Shown here: piece by piece, positions 51,347-64,000 of the stretch
Numbering within the stretch: position 1 is the first letter of the stretch
Layout: the number at the start of each line of letters is the position of its first letter
Origin: Eledone cirrhosa
Lineage: Eukaryota
DNA: 64,000 nucleotides
NCBI GenBank assembly: GCA_964016885.1
Contig: OZ024740.1
Location: 14,818,001-14,882,000, forward strand
Reading direction: 5' to 3'
Notes under the pieces: generated by a model
What the model was told of the DNA's origin: nothing
The model's database searches: none
Seen by the model: the letters and a program-made list of their open reading frames with translations, nothing else
Program-made: the position numbers and the translations under genes

Positions 51347-53350
51347 AATCAAAGCCAGAATATGGAAAGTCCTCGAATAAAAGGAATCAAAGCCAGAATA
51401 TGGAAAGTCCTCGAATGAAAGGAATCAAAGCCAGAATATGGAAAGTCCTCCAATGAAAGGAATCAAAGCCAGAATATGGAAAGTCCTCAAATGAAAGGAA
51501 TCAAAGCCAGAATATGGAAAGTCCTCAAATGAGAGGAATCAAAGCCAGAATATGGAAAGTCCTCGAATGAAAGGAATCAAAGCCAGAATAAGGAAAGTCC
51601 TCAAATGAGAGGAATCAAAGCCAGAAAATGGAAAGTCCTCAAATGAAAGGAATCAAAGCCAGAATATGGAAAGTCCTCAAATGAGAGGAATCAAAGCCAG
51701 AATATGGAAAGTCCTCAAATGAGAGGAATCAAAGCCAGAATATGGAAAGTCCTCAAATGAGAGGAATCAAAGCCAGAATATGGAGAGTCCTCAAATAAAA
51801 GGAATCAAAGCCAGAATATGGAAAGTCCTCAAATGAGAGGAATCAAAGCCAGAATATGGAAAGTCCTCAAATGAAAGGAATCAAAGCCAGAATATGGAAA
51901 GTCCTCAAATGAAAGGAATCAAAGCCAGAATATTGAAAGCCCTCAAATGAAAGGAATCAAAGCCAGAATATGGAAAGTCCTCGAATGAAAGGAATCAAAG
52001 CCAGAATATGGAAAGTCCTCAAATGAAAGGAATCAAAGCAAGAATATGGAAAGTCCTCAAATGAAAGGAATCAAAGCCAGAATATGGAAAGTCCTCAAAT
52101 GAAAGGAATCAAAGCCAGAATATGGAAAGTCCTCAAATGAAAGGAATCAAAGCCAGAATATGGAAAGTCCTCAAATGAGAGGAATAAAAGCCAGAATATG
52201 GAAAGTCCTCAAATGAAAGGTATCAAAGCCAGAATATGGAAAGTCCTCAAATGAAAGGAATAAAAGCCAGAATATGGAAAGTCCTCAAATGAAAGGAATC
52301 AAAGCCAGAATATGGAAAGTCCTCGAATGAAAGGAATCAAAGCCAGAATATGGAAAGTCCTCGAATAAAAGGAATCAAAGCCAGAATATGGAAAGTCCTC
52401 GAATGAAAGGAATCAAAGCCAGAATATGGAAAGTCCTCCAATGAAAGGAATCAAAGCCAGAATATGGAAAGTCCTCAAATGAAAGGAATCAAAGCCAGAA
52501 TATGGAAAGTCCTCAAATGAGAGGAATCAAAGCCAGAATATGGAAAGTCCTCGAATGAAAGGAATCAAAGCCAGAATAAGGAAAGTCCTCAAATGAGAGG
52601 AATCAAAGCCAGAAAATGGAAAGTCCTCAAATGAAAGGAATCAAAGCCAGAATATGGAAAGTCCTCAAATGAGAGGAATCAAAGCCAGAATATGGAAAGT
52701 CCTCAAATGAGAGGAATCAAAGCCAGAATATGGAAAGTCCTCAAATGAGAGGAATCAAAGCCAGAATATGGAGAGTCCTCAAATAAAAGGAATCAAAGCC
52801 AGAATATGGAAAGTCCTCAAATGAGAGGAATCAAAGCCAGAATATGGAAAGTCCTCAAATGAAAGGAATCAAAGCCAGAATATGGAAAGTCCTCAAATGA
52901 AAGGAATCAAAGCCAGAATATTGAAAGCCCTCAAATGAAAGGAATCAAAGCCAGAATATGGAAAGTCCTCGAATGAAAGGAATCAAAGCCAGAATATGGA
53001 AAGTCCTCAAATGAAAGGAATCAAAGCAAGAATATGGAAAGTCCTCAAATGAAAGGAATCAAAGCCAGAATATGGAAAGTCCTCAAATGAAAGGAATCAA
53101 AGCCAGAATATGGAAAGTCCTCAAATGAAAGGAATCAAAGCCAGAATATGGAAAGTCCTCAAATGAGAGGAATAAAAGCCAGAATATGGAAAGTCCTCAA
53201 ATGAAAGGTATCAAAGCCAGAATATGGAAAGTCCTCAAATGAAAGGAATAAAAGCCAGAATATGGAAAGTCCTCAAATGAAAGGAATCAAAGCCAGAATA
53301 TGGAAAGTCCTCGAATGAAAGGAATCAAAGCCAGAATATGGAAAGTCCTC
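51347..53350 (+). repeat. Tandem duplication of a 988-bp unit (26 monomers), two apparently identical copies
   Basis: CCTCGAATAAAA at 51371/52359, TGGAGAGTCC at 51781/52769, TATTGAAAGCCCTC at 51931/52919 and GGTATC at 52221/53209 are all offset by 988 bp. Confidence 0.92.
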
Positions 53351-55699
53351 GAATGAGAGGAATCAAAGCCAGAATATGGAAAGTCCTCGAATGAAAGGAA
53401 TCAAAGCCAGAATATGGAAAGTCCTCGAATGAAAGGAATCAAAGCCAGAATATGGAAAGTCCTCAAATGAAAGGAATCAAAGCCAGAATATAGAAAGTCC
53501 TCAAATGAAAGGAATCAAAGCCAGAATATGGAAAGTCCGCAAATGAGAGGAATCAAAGCCAGAATATGGAAAGTCCTCGAATGAAAGAAATCAAAGCCAG
53601 AATATGGAAAGTCCTCAAATGAAAGGAATCAAAGCCAGAATATGGAAAGTCCTCAAATGAGAGGAATCAAAGCCAGAATATGGAAAGTCCTCAAATGAGA
53701 GGAATCAAAGCCAGAATATGGAAAGTCCTCAAATGAAAGGAATCAAAGCCAGAATATGGAAAGTCCTCAAATGAGAGGAATCAAACCCAGAATATGGAAA
53801 GTCCTCAAATGAGAGGAATCAAAGCAAGAATATGGAAAGTCCTCAAATGAAAGGAATCAAAGCCAGAATATGGAAAGTCCTCAAATGAAAGGAATCAAAG
53901 CCAGAATATGGAAAGTCCTCAAATGAAAGGAATCAAAGCCAGAATATTGAAAGTCCTCAAATGAAAGGAATCAAAGCCAGAATATGGAAAGTCCTCGAAT
54001 AAAAGGAATCAAAGCCAGAATATGGAAAGTCCTCAAATGAAAGGAATCAAAGCCAGAATATGGAAAGTCCTCAAATGAAAGGAATCAAAGCCAGAATATG
54101 GAAAGTCCTCAAATGAAAGGAATCAAAGCCAGAATATGGAAAGTCCTCAAATGAGAGGAATCAAAGCCAGAATATGGAAAGTCCTCAAATGAGAAGTATC
54201 AAAGCCAGAATATGGAAATTCCTCAAATGAGAGGAATCAAAGCCAGAATATGGAAAGTCCTCGAATGAAAGGAATCAAAGCCAGAATATGGAAAGTCCTC
54301 AAATGAGAGGAATCAAAGCCAGAATATGGAAAGTCCTCAAATGAAAGGAATCAAAGCCAGAATATGGAAAGTCCTCAAATGAGAGGAATCAAAGCCAGAA
54401 TATGGAAAGTCCTAAAATGAAAGGAATCAAAGCCAGAATATGGAAAGTCCTCAAATGAGAGGAATCAAAGCCAGAATATGGAAAGTCCTCAAATGAGAGG
54501 AATCAAAGCCAGAATATGGAAATTCCTCAAATGAGAGGAATCAAAGCCAGAATATGGAAAGTCCTCAAATGAGAGGAATCAAAGCCAGGATATGGAAAGT
54601 CCTCAAATGAGAGGAATCAAAGCCAGAATATGGAAATTCCTCAAATGAGAGGAATCAAAGCCAGAATATGGAAAGTCCTCAAATGAAAGGAATCAAAGCC
54701 AGAATATGGAAAGTCCTCAAATGAAAGGAATCAAAGCCAGAATATGGAAAGTCCTCGAATGAAAGGAATCAAAGCCAGAATATGGAAAGTCCTCAAATGA
54801 GAGGAATCAAAGCCAGAATATGGAAAGTCCTCAAATGAGAGGAATCAAAGCCAGAATATGGAAAGTCCTCAAATGAGAGGAATCAAAGCCAGAATATGGA
54901 AAGTCCTCAAATGAGAGGAATCAAAGCCAGAATATGGAAAGTCCTCAAATGAGAGGAATCAAAGCCAGAATATGGAAATTCCTCAAATGAGAGGAATCAA
55001 AGCCAGAATATGGAAAGTCCTCAAATGAAAGGAATCAAAGCCAGAATATGGAAAGTCCTCAAATGAGAGGAATCAAAGCCAGGATATGGAAAGTCCTCAA
55101 ATGAGAGGAATCAAAGCCAGAATATGGAAATTCCTCAAATGAGAGGAATCAAATCCAGAATATGGAAAGTCCTCAAATGAAAGGAATCAAAGCCAGAATA
55201 TGGAAAGTCCTCAAATGAAAGGAATCAAAGCCAGAATATGGAAAGTCCTCGAATGAAAGGAATCAAAGCCAGAATATGGAAAGTCCTCAAATGAGAGGAA
55301 TCAAAGCCAGAATATGGAAAGTCCTCAAATGAGAGGAATCAAAGCCAGAATATGGAAAGTCCTCAAATGAGAGGAATCAAAGCCAGAATATGGAAATTCC
55401 TCAAATGAGAGGAATCAAAGCCAGAATATGGAAAGTCCTCGAATGAAAGGAATCAAAGCCAGAATATGGAAAGTCCTCAAATGAAAGGAATCAAAGCCAG
55501 AATATGGAAAGTCCTCAAATGAGAGGAATCAAAGCCAGAATATGGAAAGTCCTCAAATGAGAGGAATCAAAGCCAGAATATGGAAAGTCCTCAAATGAGA
55601 GGAATCAAAGCCATAATATGGAAAGTCCTCAAATGAAAGGAATCAAAGCCAGAATATGGAAAGTCCTCAAATGAAACGAATCAAAGCCAGAATATGGAA

Positions 55700-58600
55700 A
55701 GTCCTCAAATGAGAGGAATCAAAGCCAGAATATGGAAAGTCCTCAAATGAGAGGAATCAAAGCCAGAATATGGAAAGTCCTCAAATGAGAGGAATCAAAG
55801 CCAGAATATGGAAATTCCTCAAATGAGAGGAATCAAAGCTAGAATATGGAAAGTCCTCGAATGAAAGGAATCAAAGCCAGAATATGGAAAGTCCTCAAAT
55901 GAAAGGAATCAAAGCCAGAATATGGAAAGTCCTCGAATGAAAGGAATCAAAGCCAGAATATGGAAAGTCCTCAAATGAAAGGAATCAAAGCCAGAATATG
56001 GAAAGTCCTCAAATGAAAGGAATCAAAGCCAGAATATGGAAAGTCCTCAAATGAAAGGAATCAAAGCCAGAATATGGAAAGTCCTCGAATGAAAGGAATC
56101 AAAGCCAGAATATGGAAAGTCCTCAAATGAAAGGAATCAAAGCCAGAATATGGAAAGTCCTCAAATGAAAGGAATCAAAGCCAGAATATGGAAAGTCCTC
56201 AAATGAGAGGAATCAAAGCCAGAATATGGAAAGTCCTAAAATGAAAGGAATCAAAGCCAGAATATGGAAAGTCCTCAAATGAGAGGAATCAAAGCCAGAA
56301 TATGGAAAGTCCTCAAATGAGAGGAATCAAAGCCAGAATATGGAAATTGCTCAAATGAGAGGAATCAAAGCCAGAATATGGAAAGTCCTCAAATGAAAGG
56401 AATCAAAGCCAGTATATGGAAAGTCCTCGAATGAAAGGAATCAAAGCCAGAATATGGAAAGTCCTCGAATGAAAGGAATCAAAGCCAGAATATGGAAAGT
56501 CCTCAAATGAAAGGAATCAAAGCCAGAATATGGAAAGTCCTCAAATGAGAGGAATCAAAGCCAGAATATGGAAAGTCCTCAAATGAAAGGAATCAAAGCC
56601 AGAATATGGAAAGTCCTCAAATGAGAGGAATCAAAGCCAGAATATGGAAAGTCCTCAAATGAAAGGAATCAAAGCCAGAATATGGAAAGTCCTCAAATGA
56701 AAGGAATCAAAGCTAGAATATTGAAAGTCCTCAAATGAAAGGAATCAAAGCCAGAATATGGAAAGTCCTCGAATGAAAGGAATCAAAGCCAGAATATGGA
56801 AAGTCCTCAAATGAAAGGAATCCAAGCCAGAATATGGAAAGTCCTCAAATGAAAGGAATCAAAGCCAGAATATGGAAAGTCCTCAAATGAGAGGAATCAA
56901 AGCCAGAATATGGAAAGTCCTCAAATGAGAGGAATCAAAGCCAGAATATGGAAAGTCCTCAAATGAAAGGAATCAAAGCCAGAATATGGAAAGTCCTCAA
57001 ATGAGAGGAATCAAACCCAGAATATGGAAATTCCTCAAATGAGAGGAATCAAGGCCAGAATATGGAAATTCCTCAAATGAGAGGAATCAAAGCCAGAATA
57101 TGGAAAGTCCTCAAATGAAAGGAATCAAAGCCAGAATATGGAAAGTCCTCAAATGAAAGGAATCAAAGCCAGAATATGGAGAGTCCTCAAATGAGAGGAA
57201 TCAAAGCCAGAATATGGAAAGTCCTCAAATGAAAGGAATCAAAGCCAGAATATGGAAAGTCCTCAAATGAGAGGAATCAAAGCCAGGATATGGAAAGTCC
57301 TCAAATGAGAGGAATCAAAGCCAGAATATGGAAATTCCTCAAATGAGAGGAATCAAAGCCAGAATATGGAAAGTCCTCAAATGAAAGGAATCAAAGCCAG
57401 AATATGGAAAGTCCTCAAATGAAAGGAATCAAAGCCAGAATATGGAAAGTCCTCAAATGAGAGGAATCAAAGCCAGAATATGGAAAGTCCTCAAATGAGA
57501 GGAATCAAAGCCAGAATATGGAAAGTCCTCAAATGAGAGGAATCAAAGCCAGAATATGGAAAGTCCTCAAATGAGAGGAATCAAAGCCAGAATATGGAAA
57601 GTCCTCAAATGAAAGGAATCAAAGCCAGAATATGGAAAGTCCTCAAATGAAACGAATCAAAGCCAGAATATGGAAAGTCCTCAAATGAGAGGAATCAAAG
57701 CCAGAATATGGAAAGTCCTCAAATGAGAGGAATCAAAGCCAGAATATGGAAATTCCTCAAATGAGAGGAATCAAAGCCAGAATATGGAAAGTCCTCAAAT
57801 GAGAGGAATCAAAGCCAGAATATGGAAAGTCCTCAAATGAGAGGAATCAAAGCCAGAATATGGAAATTCCTCAAATGAGAGGAATCAAAGCTAGAATATG
57901 GAAAGTCCTCGAATGAAAGGAATCAAAGCCAGAATATGGAAAGTCCTCAAATGAAAGGAATCAAAGCCAGAATATGGAAAGTCCTCGAATGAAAGGAATC
58001 AAAGCCAGAATATGGAAAGTCCTCAAATGAAAGGAATCAAAGCCAGAATATGGAAAGTCCTCAAATGAAAGGAATCAAAGCCAGAATATGGAAAGTCCTC
58101 AAATGAAAGGAATCAAAGCCAGAATATGGAAAGTCCTCGAATGAAAGGAATCAAAGCCAGAATATGGAAAGTCCTCAAATGAAAGGAATCAAAGCCAGAA
58201 TATGGAAAGTCCTCAAATGAAAGGAATCAAAGCCAGAATATGGAAAGTCCTCAAATGAGAGGAATCAAAGCCAGAATATGGAAAGTCCTAAAATGAAAGG
58301 AATCAAAGCCAGAAGATGGAAAGTCCTCAAATGAGAGGAATCAAAGCCAGAATATGGAAAGTCCTCAAATGAGAGGAATCAAAGCCAGAATATGGAAATT
58401 GCTCAAATGAGAGGAATCAAAGCCAGAATATGGAAAGTCCTCAAATGAAAGGAATCAAAGCCAGTATATGGAAAGTCCTCGAATGAAAGGAATCAAAGCC
58501 AGAATATGGAAAGTCCTCGAATGAAAGGAATCAAAGCCAGAATATGGAAAGTCCTCAAATGAAAGGAATCAAAGCCAGAATATGGAAAGTCCTCAAATGA

Positions 58601-61600
58601 GAGGAATCAAAGCCAGAATATGGAAAGTCCTCAAATGAAAGGAATCAAAGCCAGAATATGGAAAGTTCTCAAATGAGAGGAATCAAAGCCAGAATATGGA
58701 AAGTCCTCAAATGAAAGGAATCAAAGCCAGAATATGGAAAGTCCTCAAATGAAAGGAATCAAAGCTAGAATATTGAAAGTCCTCAAATGAAAGGAATCAA
58801 AGCCAGAATATGGAAAGTCCTCGAATGAAAGGAATCAAAGCCAGAATATGGAAAGTCCTCAAATGAAAGGAATCCAAGCCAGAATATGGAAAGTCCTCAA
58901 ATGAAAGGAATCAAAGCCAGAATATGGAAAGTCCTCAAATGAGAGGAATCAAAGCCAGAATATGGAAAGTCCTCAAATGAGAGGAATCAAAGCCAGAATA
59001 TGGAAAGTCCTCAAATGAAAGGAATCAAAGCCAGAATATGGAAAGTCCTCAAATGAGAGGAATCAAACCCAGAATATGGAAATTCCTCAAATGAGAGGAA
59101 TCAAGGCCAGAATATGGAAATTCCTCAAATGAGAGGAATCAAAGCCAGAATATGGAAAGTCCTCAAATGAAAGGAATCAAAGCCAGAATATGGAAAGTCC
59201 TCAAATGAAAGGAATCAAAGCCAGAATATGGAGAGTCCTCAAATGAGAGGAATCAAAGCCAGAATATGGAAAGTCCTCAAATGAAAGGAATCAAAGCCAG
59301 AATATGGAAAGTCCTCAAATGAGAGGAATCAAAGCCAGGATATGGAAAGTCCTCAAATGAGAGGAATCAAAGCCAGAATATGGAAATTCCTCAAATGAGA
59401 GGAATCAAAGCCAGAATATGGAAAGTCCTCAAATGAAAGGAATCAAAGCCAGAATATGGAAAGTCCTCAAATGAAAGGAATCAAAGCCAGAATATGGAAA
59501 GTCCTCAAATGAGAGGAATCAAAGCCAGAATATGGAAAGTCCTCAAATGAGAGGAATCAAAGCCAGAATATGGAAAGTCCTCAAATGAGAGGAATCAAAG
59601 CCAGAATATGGAAAGTCCTCAAATGAGAGGAATCAAAGCCAGAATATGGAAAGTCCTCAAATGAAAGGAATCAAAGCCAGAATATGGAAAGTCCTCAAAT
59701 GAAACGAATCAAAGCCAGAATATGGAAAGTCCTCAAATGAGAGGAATCAAAGCCAGAATATGGAAAGTCCTCAAATGAGAGGAATCAAAGCCAGAATATG
59801 GAAATTCCTCAAATGAGAGGAATCAAAGCCAGAATATGGAAAGTCCTCAAATGAAAGGAATCAAAGCCAGAATATGGAAAGTCCTCGAATGAAAGGAATC
59901 AAAGCCAGAATATGGAAAGTCCTCGAATGAAAGGAATCAAAGCCAGAATATGGAAAGTCCTCAAATGAAAGAATCAAAGCCAGAATATGGAAAGTCCTCA
60001 AATGAGAGGAATCAAAGCCAGAATATGGAAAGTCCTCAAATGAAAGGAATCAAAGCCAGAATATGGAAAGTCCTCAAATGAGAGGAATCAAAGCCAGAAT
60101 ATGGAAAGTCCTCAAATGAAAGGAATCAAAGCCAGAATATGGAAAGTCCTCAAATGAAAGGAATCAAAGCTAGAATATTGAAAGTCCTCAAATGAAAGGA
60201 ATCAAAGCCAGAATATGGAAAGTCCTCAAATGAAAGGAATCAAAGCCAGAATATGGAAAGTCCTCAAATGAAAGGAATCAAAGCCAGAATATGGAAAGTC
60301 CTCAAATGAAAGGAATCAAAGCCAGAATATGGAAAGTCCTCAAATGAGAGGAATCAAAGCCAGAATATGGAAAGTCCTCAAATGAGAGGAATCAAAGCCA
60401 GAATATGGAAAGTCCTCAAATGAAAGGAATCAAAGCCAGAATATGGAAAGTCCTCAAATGAGAGGAATCAAACCCAGAATATGGAAATTCCTCAAATGAG
60501 AGGAATCAAGGCCAGAATATGGAAATTCCTCAAATGAGAGGAATCAAAGCCAGAATATGGAAAGTCCTCAAATGAAAGGAATCAAAGCCAGAATATGGAA
60601 AGTCCTCAAATGAAAGGAATCAAAGCCAGAATATGGAAAGTCCTCAAATGAGAGGAATCAAAGCCAGAATATGGAAAGTCCTCAAATGAAAGGAATCAAA
60701 GCCAGAATATGGAAAGTCCTCAAATGAGAGGAATCAAAGCCAGGATATGGAAAGTCCTCAAATGAGAGGAATCAAAGCCAGAATATGGAAATTCCTCAAA
60801 TGAGAGGAATCAAAGCCAGAATATGGAAAGTCCTCAAATGAAAGGAATCAAAGCCAGAATATGGAAAGTCCTCAAATGAAAGGAATCAAAGCCAGAATAT
60901 GGAAAGTCCTCAAATGAGAGGAATCAAAGCCAGAATATGGAAAGTCCTCGAATGAAAGGAATCAAAGCCAGAATATGGAAAGTCCTCAAATGAGAGGAAT
61001 CAAAGCCAGAATATGGAAAGTCCTCGAATGAAAGGAATCAAAGCCAGAATATGGAAAGTCCTCAAATGAGAGGAATCAAAGCCAGAATATGGAAAGTCCT
61101 CAAATGAGAGGAATCAAAGCCAGAATATGGAAAGTCCTCAAATGAGAGGAATCAAAGCCAGAATATGGAAAGTCCTCATATGAGAGGAATCAAAGCCAGA
61201 ATATGGAAAGTCCTCAAATGAAAGGAATCAAAGCCAGAATATGGAAAGTCCTCAAATGAAACGAATCAAAGCCAGAATATGGAAAGTCCTCAAATGAGAG
61301 GAATCAAAGCCAGAATATGGAAAGTCCTCAAATGAGAGGAATCAAAGCCAGAATATGGAAAGTCCTCAAATGAGAGGAATCAAAGCCAGAATATGGAAAT
61401 TCCTCAAATGAGAGGAATCAAAGCTAGAATATGGAAAGTCCTCGAATGAAAGGAATCAAAGCCAGAATATGGAAAGTCCTCAAATGAAAGGAATCAAAGC
61501 CAGAATATGGAAAGTCCTCGAATGAAAGGAATCAAAGCCAGAATATGGAAAGTCCTCAAATGAAAGGAATCAAAGCCAGAATATGGAAAGTCCTCAAATG

Positions 61601-64000
61601 AAAGGAATCAAAGCCAGAATATGGAAAGTCCTCAAATGAAAGGAATCAAAGCCAGAATATGGAAAGTCCTCGAATGAAAGGAATCAAAGCCAGAATATGG
61701 AAAGTCCTCAAATGAAAGGAATCAAAGCCAGAATATGGAAAGTCCTCAAATGAAAGGAATCAAAGCCAGAATATGGAAAGTCCTCGAATGAAAGGAATCA
61801 AAGCCAGAATATGGAAAGTCCTCAAATGAAAGGAATCAAAGCCAGAATATGGAAAGTCCTCAAATGAAAGGAATCAAAGCCAGAATATGGAAAGTCCTCA
61901 AATGAGAGGAATAAAAGCCAGAATATGGAAAGTCCTCAAATGAAAGGAATCAAAGCCAGAATATAGGAAAGTCCTCGAAAGAAAGGAATAAAAGCCAGAA
62001 TATGGAAAGTCCTCAAATGAAAGGAATCAAAGCCAGAATATGGAAAGTCCTCGAATAAAAGGAATCAAAGCCAGAATATGGAAAGTCCTCGAATGAGAGG
62101 AATCAAAGCCAGAATATGGAAAGTCCTCAAATGAGAGGAATCAAAGCCAGAATATGGAAAGTCCTCAAATGAGAGGAATCAAAGCCAGAATATGGAAAGT
62201 CCTCAAATGAAAGGAATCAAAGCCAGAATATGGAAAGTCCTCAAATGAGAGGAATCAAAGCCAGAATATGGAAAGTCCTCAAATGAGAGGAATCAAAGCC
62301 AGAATATGGAAAGTCCTCAAATGAGAGGAATCAAAGCCAGAATATGGAAATTCCTCAAATGAAAGGAATCAAAGCCAGAATATGGAAAGTCCTCAAATGA
62401 AAGGAATCAAAGCCAGAATATGGAAAGTCCTCGAATGAAAGGCATCAAAGCCAGAATATGGAAAGTCCTCGAATGAAAGGAATCAAAGCCAGAATATGGA
62501 AAGTCCTCAAATGAAAGGAATCAAAGCCAGAATATGGAAAGTCCTCAAATGAGAGGAATCAAAGCCAGAATATGGAAAGTCCTCAAATGAAAGGAATCAA
62601 AGCCAGAATATGGAAAGTCCTCAAATGAGAGGAATCAAAGCCAGAATATGGAAAGTCCTCAAATGAAAGGAATCAAAGCCAGAATATGGAAAGTCCTCAA
62701 ATGAAAGGAATCAAAGCTAGAATATTGAAAGTCCTCAAATGAAAGGAATCAAAGCCAGAATATGGAAAGTCCTCGAATGAAAGGAATCAAAGCCAGAATA
62801 TGGAAAGTCCTCAAATGAAAGGAATCCAAGCCAGAATATGGAAAGTCCTCAAATGAAAGGAATCAAAGCCAGAATATGGAAAGTCCTCAAATGAGAGGAA
62901 TCAAAGCCAGAATATGGAAAGTCCTCAAATGAGAGGAATCAAAGCCAGAATATGGAAAGTCCTCAAATGAAAGGAATCAAAGCCAGAATATGGAAAGTCC
63001 TCAAATGAGAGGAATCAAACCCAGAATATGGAAATTCCTCAAATGAGAGGAATCAAGGCCAGAATATGGAAATTCCTCAAATGAGAGGAATCAAAGCCAG
63101 AATATGGAAAGTCCTCAAATGAAAGGAATCAAAGCCAGAATATGGAAAGTCCTCAAATGAAAGGAATCAAAGCCAGAATATGGAAAGTCCTCAAATGAGA
63201 GGAATCAAAGCCAGAATATGGAAAGTCCTCAAATGAAAGGAATCAAAGCCAGAATATGGAAAGTCCTCAAATGAGAGGAATCAAAGCCAGGATATGGAAA
63301 GTCCTCAAATGAGAGGAATCAAAGCCAGAATATGGAAATTCCTCAAATGAGAGGAATCAAAGCCAGAATATGGAAAGTCCTCAAATGAAAGGAATCAAAG
63401 CCAGAATATGGAAAGTCCTCAAATGAAAGGAATCAAAGCCAGAATATGGAAAGTCCTCAAATGAGAGGAATCAAAGCCAGAATATGGAAAGTCCTCAAAT
63501 GAGAGGAATCAAAGCCAGAATATGGAAAGTCCTCAAATGAGAGGAATCAAAGCCAGAATATTGAAAGTCCTCAAATGAGAGGAATCAAAGCCAGAATATG
63601 GAAAGTCCTCAAATGAAAGGAATCAAAGCCAGAATATGGAAAGTCCTCAAATGAAACGAATCAAAGCCAGAATATGGAAAGTCCTCAAATGAGAGGAATC
63701 AAAGCCAGAATATGGAAAGTCCTCAAATGAAAGGAATCAAAGCCAGAATATGGAAAGTCCTCAAATGAGAGGAATCAAAGCCAGAATATGGAAATTCCTC
63801 AAATGAGAGGAATCAAAGCTAGAATATGGAAAGTCCTCGAATGAAAGGAATCAAAGCCAGAATATGGAAAGTCCTCAAATGAAAGGAATCAAAGCCAGAA
63901 TATGGAAAGTCCTCGAATGAAAGGAATCAAAGCCAGAATATGGAAAGTCCTCAAATGAAAGGAATCAAAGCCAGAATATGGAAAGTCCTCAAATGAAAGG
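55700..64000 (+). repeat. 2052-bp (54-monomer) tandem duplication followed by two rearranged partial copies
   Basis: AAAGCTAG at 55840/57892 and GGAGAG at 57181/59233 (2052). AAACCCAG..ATTCC..CAAGGCCAG at 57016, 59068, 60473 and 63020 (offsets 2052, 1405 = 37x38-1 and 2547 = 67x38+1). Confidence 0.88.

Larger units (their letters stand above)
1..64000 (+). repeat. Satellite DNA array, 38-bp monomer AATATGGAAAGTCCTC(A/G)AATGA(A/G)AGGAATCAAAGCCAG, about 1,685 head-to-tail copies, running off both window ends
   Basis: Monomers start at 1, 39, 77 and so on. Phase recurs every 1140 bp (30x38), e.g. at 1141, 2281, 3421, 4561, 5701 and 6841. The last monomer starts at 63975 (1684x38 - 18 + 1), consistent with the 19 deletions and 1 insertion I located. 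Most monomers are within 0-2 substitutions of consensus. No non-repeat sequence or reversed block was seen. Confidence 0.99.

Noticed and set aside
1-64000. CRISPR array (CRISPR-like repeat length, weak dyad, occasional ATTGAAAG)
   Set aside because: Repeats abut directly with no unique spacers, and there is no leader and no cas gene.
1-64000. Human HSat2/HSat3-like satellite (GGAAT, ATGGAA and TCGAATG words)
   Set aside because: There is only one GGAAT per monomer and no 5-bp periodicity; the period is strictly 38 bp.
1-64000. Telomeric repeat, G-quadruplex or phased A-tract curvature
   Set aside because: The consensus has no GGG runs or telomere motif, and its A-runs are only 3 nt long and not consistently phased at 10-11 bp.
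1-64000. Large repetitive protein gene or a message encoded in monomer order
   Set aside because: 38 is not a multiple of 3, both strands carry recurrent TGA stops, and the ORF track shows nothing longer than 64 aa. The order of variants is explained by duplication history.
1-64000. Synthetic concatemer or rolling-circle amplification artefact
   Set aside because: Hierarchically shared variants, nested duplications of many sizes and regional gradients fit natural satellite evolution. Individual duplications still need read-level confirmation.

Overview
The whole 64-kb window is one uninterrupted, head-to-tail satellite array with a 38-bp monomer, consensus AATATGGAAAGTCCTCAAATGAAAGGAATCAAAGCCAG (14/38 G+C, 26/38 purine on the + strand). 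Phase bookkeeping gives 1,684 complete monomers plus a 26-bp partial one. I found 19 single-base deletions and 1 insertion, and this net -18 matches the observed end phase. There are no genes, RNA genes, transposons, CRISPR spacers or inversions, and the three 64-aa ORFs are translations of the repeat. The informative structure lies in the variants. (i) Rare shared variants reveal nested higher-order duplications of 7, 26, 54, 64-66, 79, 110-111 and about 240 monomers, some of which can be ordered in time. (ii) Monomer types change along the array: G17/CpG-rich on the left, G23/T11-rich from about 25 kb. (iii) Two common variants, A23G and G11T, each repair a mismatch in a quasi-palindrome and together give a 7-bp dyad, ATTCCTC-N6-GAGGAAT. 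The window is most likely eukaryotic heterochromatic (centromeric, pericentromeric or subtelomeric) satellite DNA. I cannot identify the species or satellite family from the sequence, and I see no evidence for a new protein-coding system. Monomer positions are numbered from AATATGG = 1-7. Block boundaries were read by eye and are approximate.
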